From assembly GCA_964019335.1 (NCBI GenBank), contig OZ025740.1:310001-374000 (forward strand): DNA of 64,000 nucleotides. The letters run 5' to 3'. The notes under the pieces are model-generated. The model was given only the letters and a program-made list of their open reading frames with translations, ran no database searches and was not told where the DNA came from. Source of the stretch: Diplonema japonicum (lineage: Eukaryota; Protista; Euglenozoa: Diplonemea). Below are positions 63,848 through 64,000 of this stretch, piece after piece. How positions within the stretch are numbered: position 1 is the stretch's first letter; each line of letters begins with the position of its first letter. The position numbers and the translations under genes are program-made.

Positions 63848-64000
63848 ATGTGGCTACTACTTCTGGCGCTGCTCGGCCGGTGTGCTGCCCAGGGCGTCCT
63901 GACCCCATATAAGGTGGGCACACCCGTCACGGAGGATCTTAAGAATAAATGTTTCGATACCGAATCGTGGTGCAGATGCTCTACAGGGATGATGACGGGG
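63848..64000 (+). CDS. 5' end of a secreted or membrane protein (runs off the window)
   Basis: Long polypyrimidine tract + CAG at 63839, then MWLLLLALLGRCAAQGVLTPYK... open to the window end. Confidence 0.65.
   Translation, partial: MWLLLLALLGRCAAQGVLTPYKVGTPVTEDLKNKCFDTESWCRCSTGMMTG

Overview
Eukaryotic genomic window, probably a euglenozoan protist and most likely a diplonemid. This is inferred from mostly intronless GC-rich CDSs in homopolymer-rich spacers, two short GT-AG introns, polypyrimidine/AG acceptor-like sites before ATGs, and two unidirectional gene clusters. All genes from 0.5 to 30.2 kb are on the minus strand and all genes from 38.9 to 64 kb are on the plus strand. They are separated by a transposon-filled, CpG-decayed divergent strand-switch region. 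Genes: six paralogs of a ubiquitin-like + BspA-type LRR family with an almost invariant N-terminus and hypervariable, shuffled 25-aa LRR modules; a UBL + beta-propeller gene; ABCC and ABCG transporters sharing non-coding flanks; two PC-esterase/TBL-like genes; a RING-PHD-ZnF protein; an FkbM methyltransferase; three tandem type-I membrane proteins with a bacterial-like head on a length-variable Pro/Thr stalk; a saposin-like gene and its decayed copy; a metallophosphoesterase. Mobile and repeat DNA: a hAT pseudo-transposase carrying two nested MITEs with 7-bp TSDs, a pogo remnant, LINE 3' fragments, a tRNA-derived SINE, a poly(A)-tailed SINE-like repeat, and a 3.4-kb complex tandem array. Best leads: (1) the diversifying UBL-LRR family as a possible intracellular recognition system; (2) a perfect hammerhead ribozyme core behind one UBL-LRR gene whose best substrate strand lies inside its own loop II; (3) a duplicated, covarying, pseudoknot-like structured element downstream of both ABC genes. 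No searches or folding programs were run; all calls are by eye.
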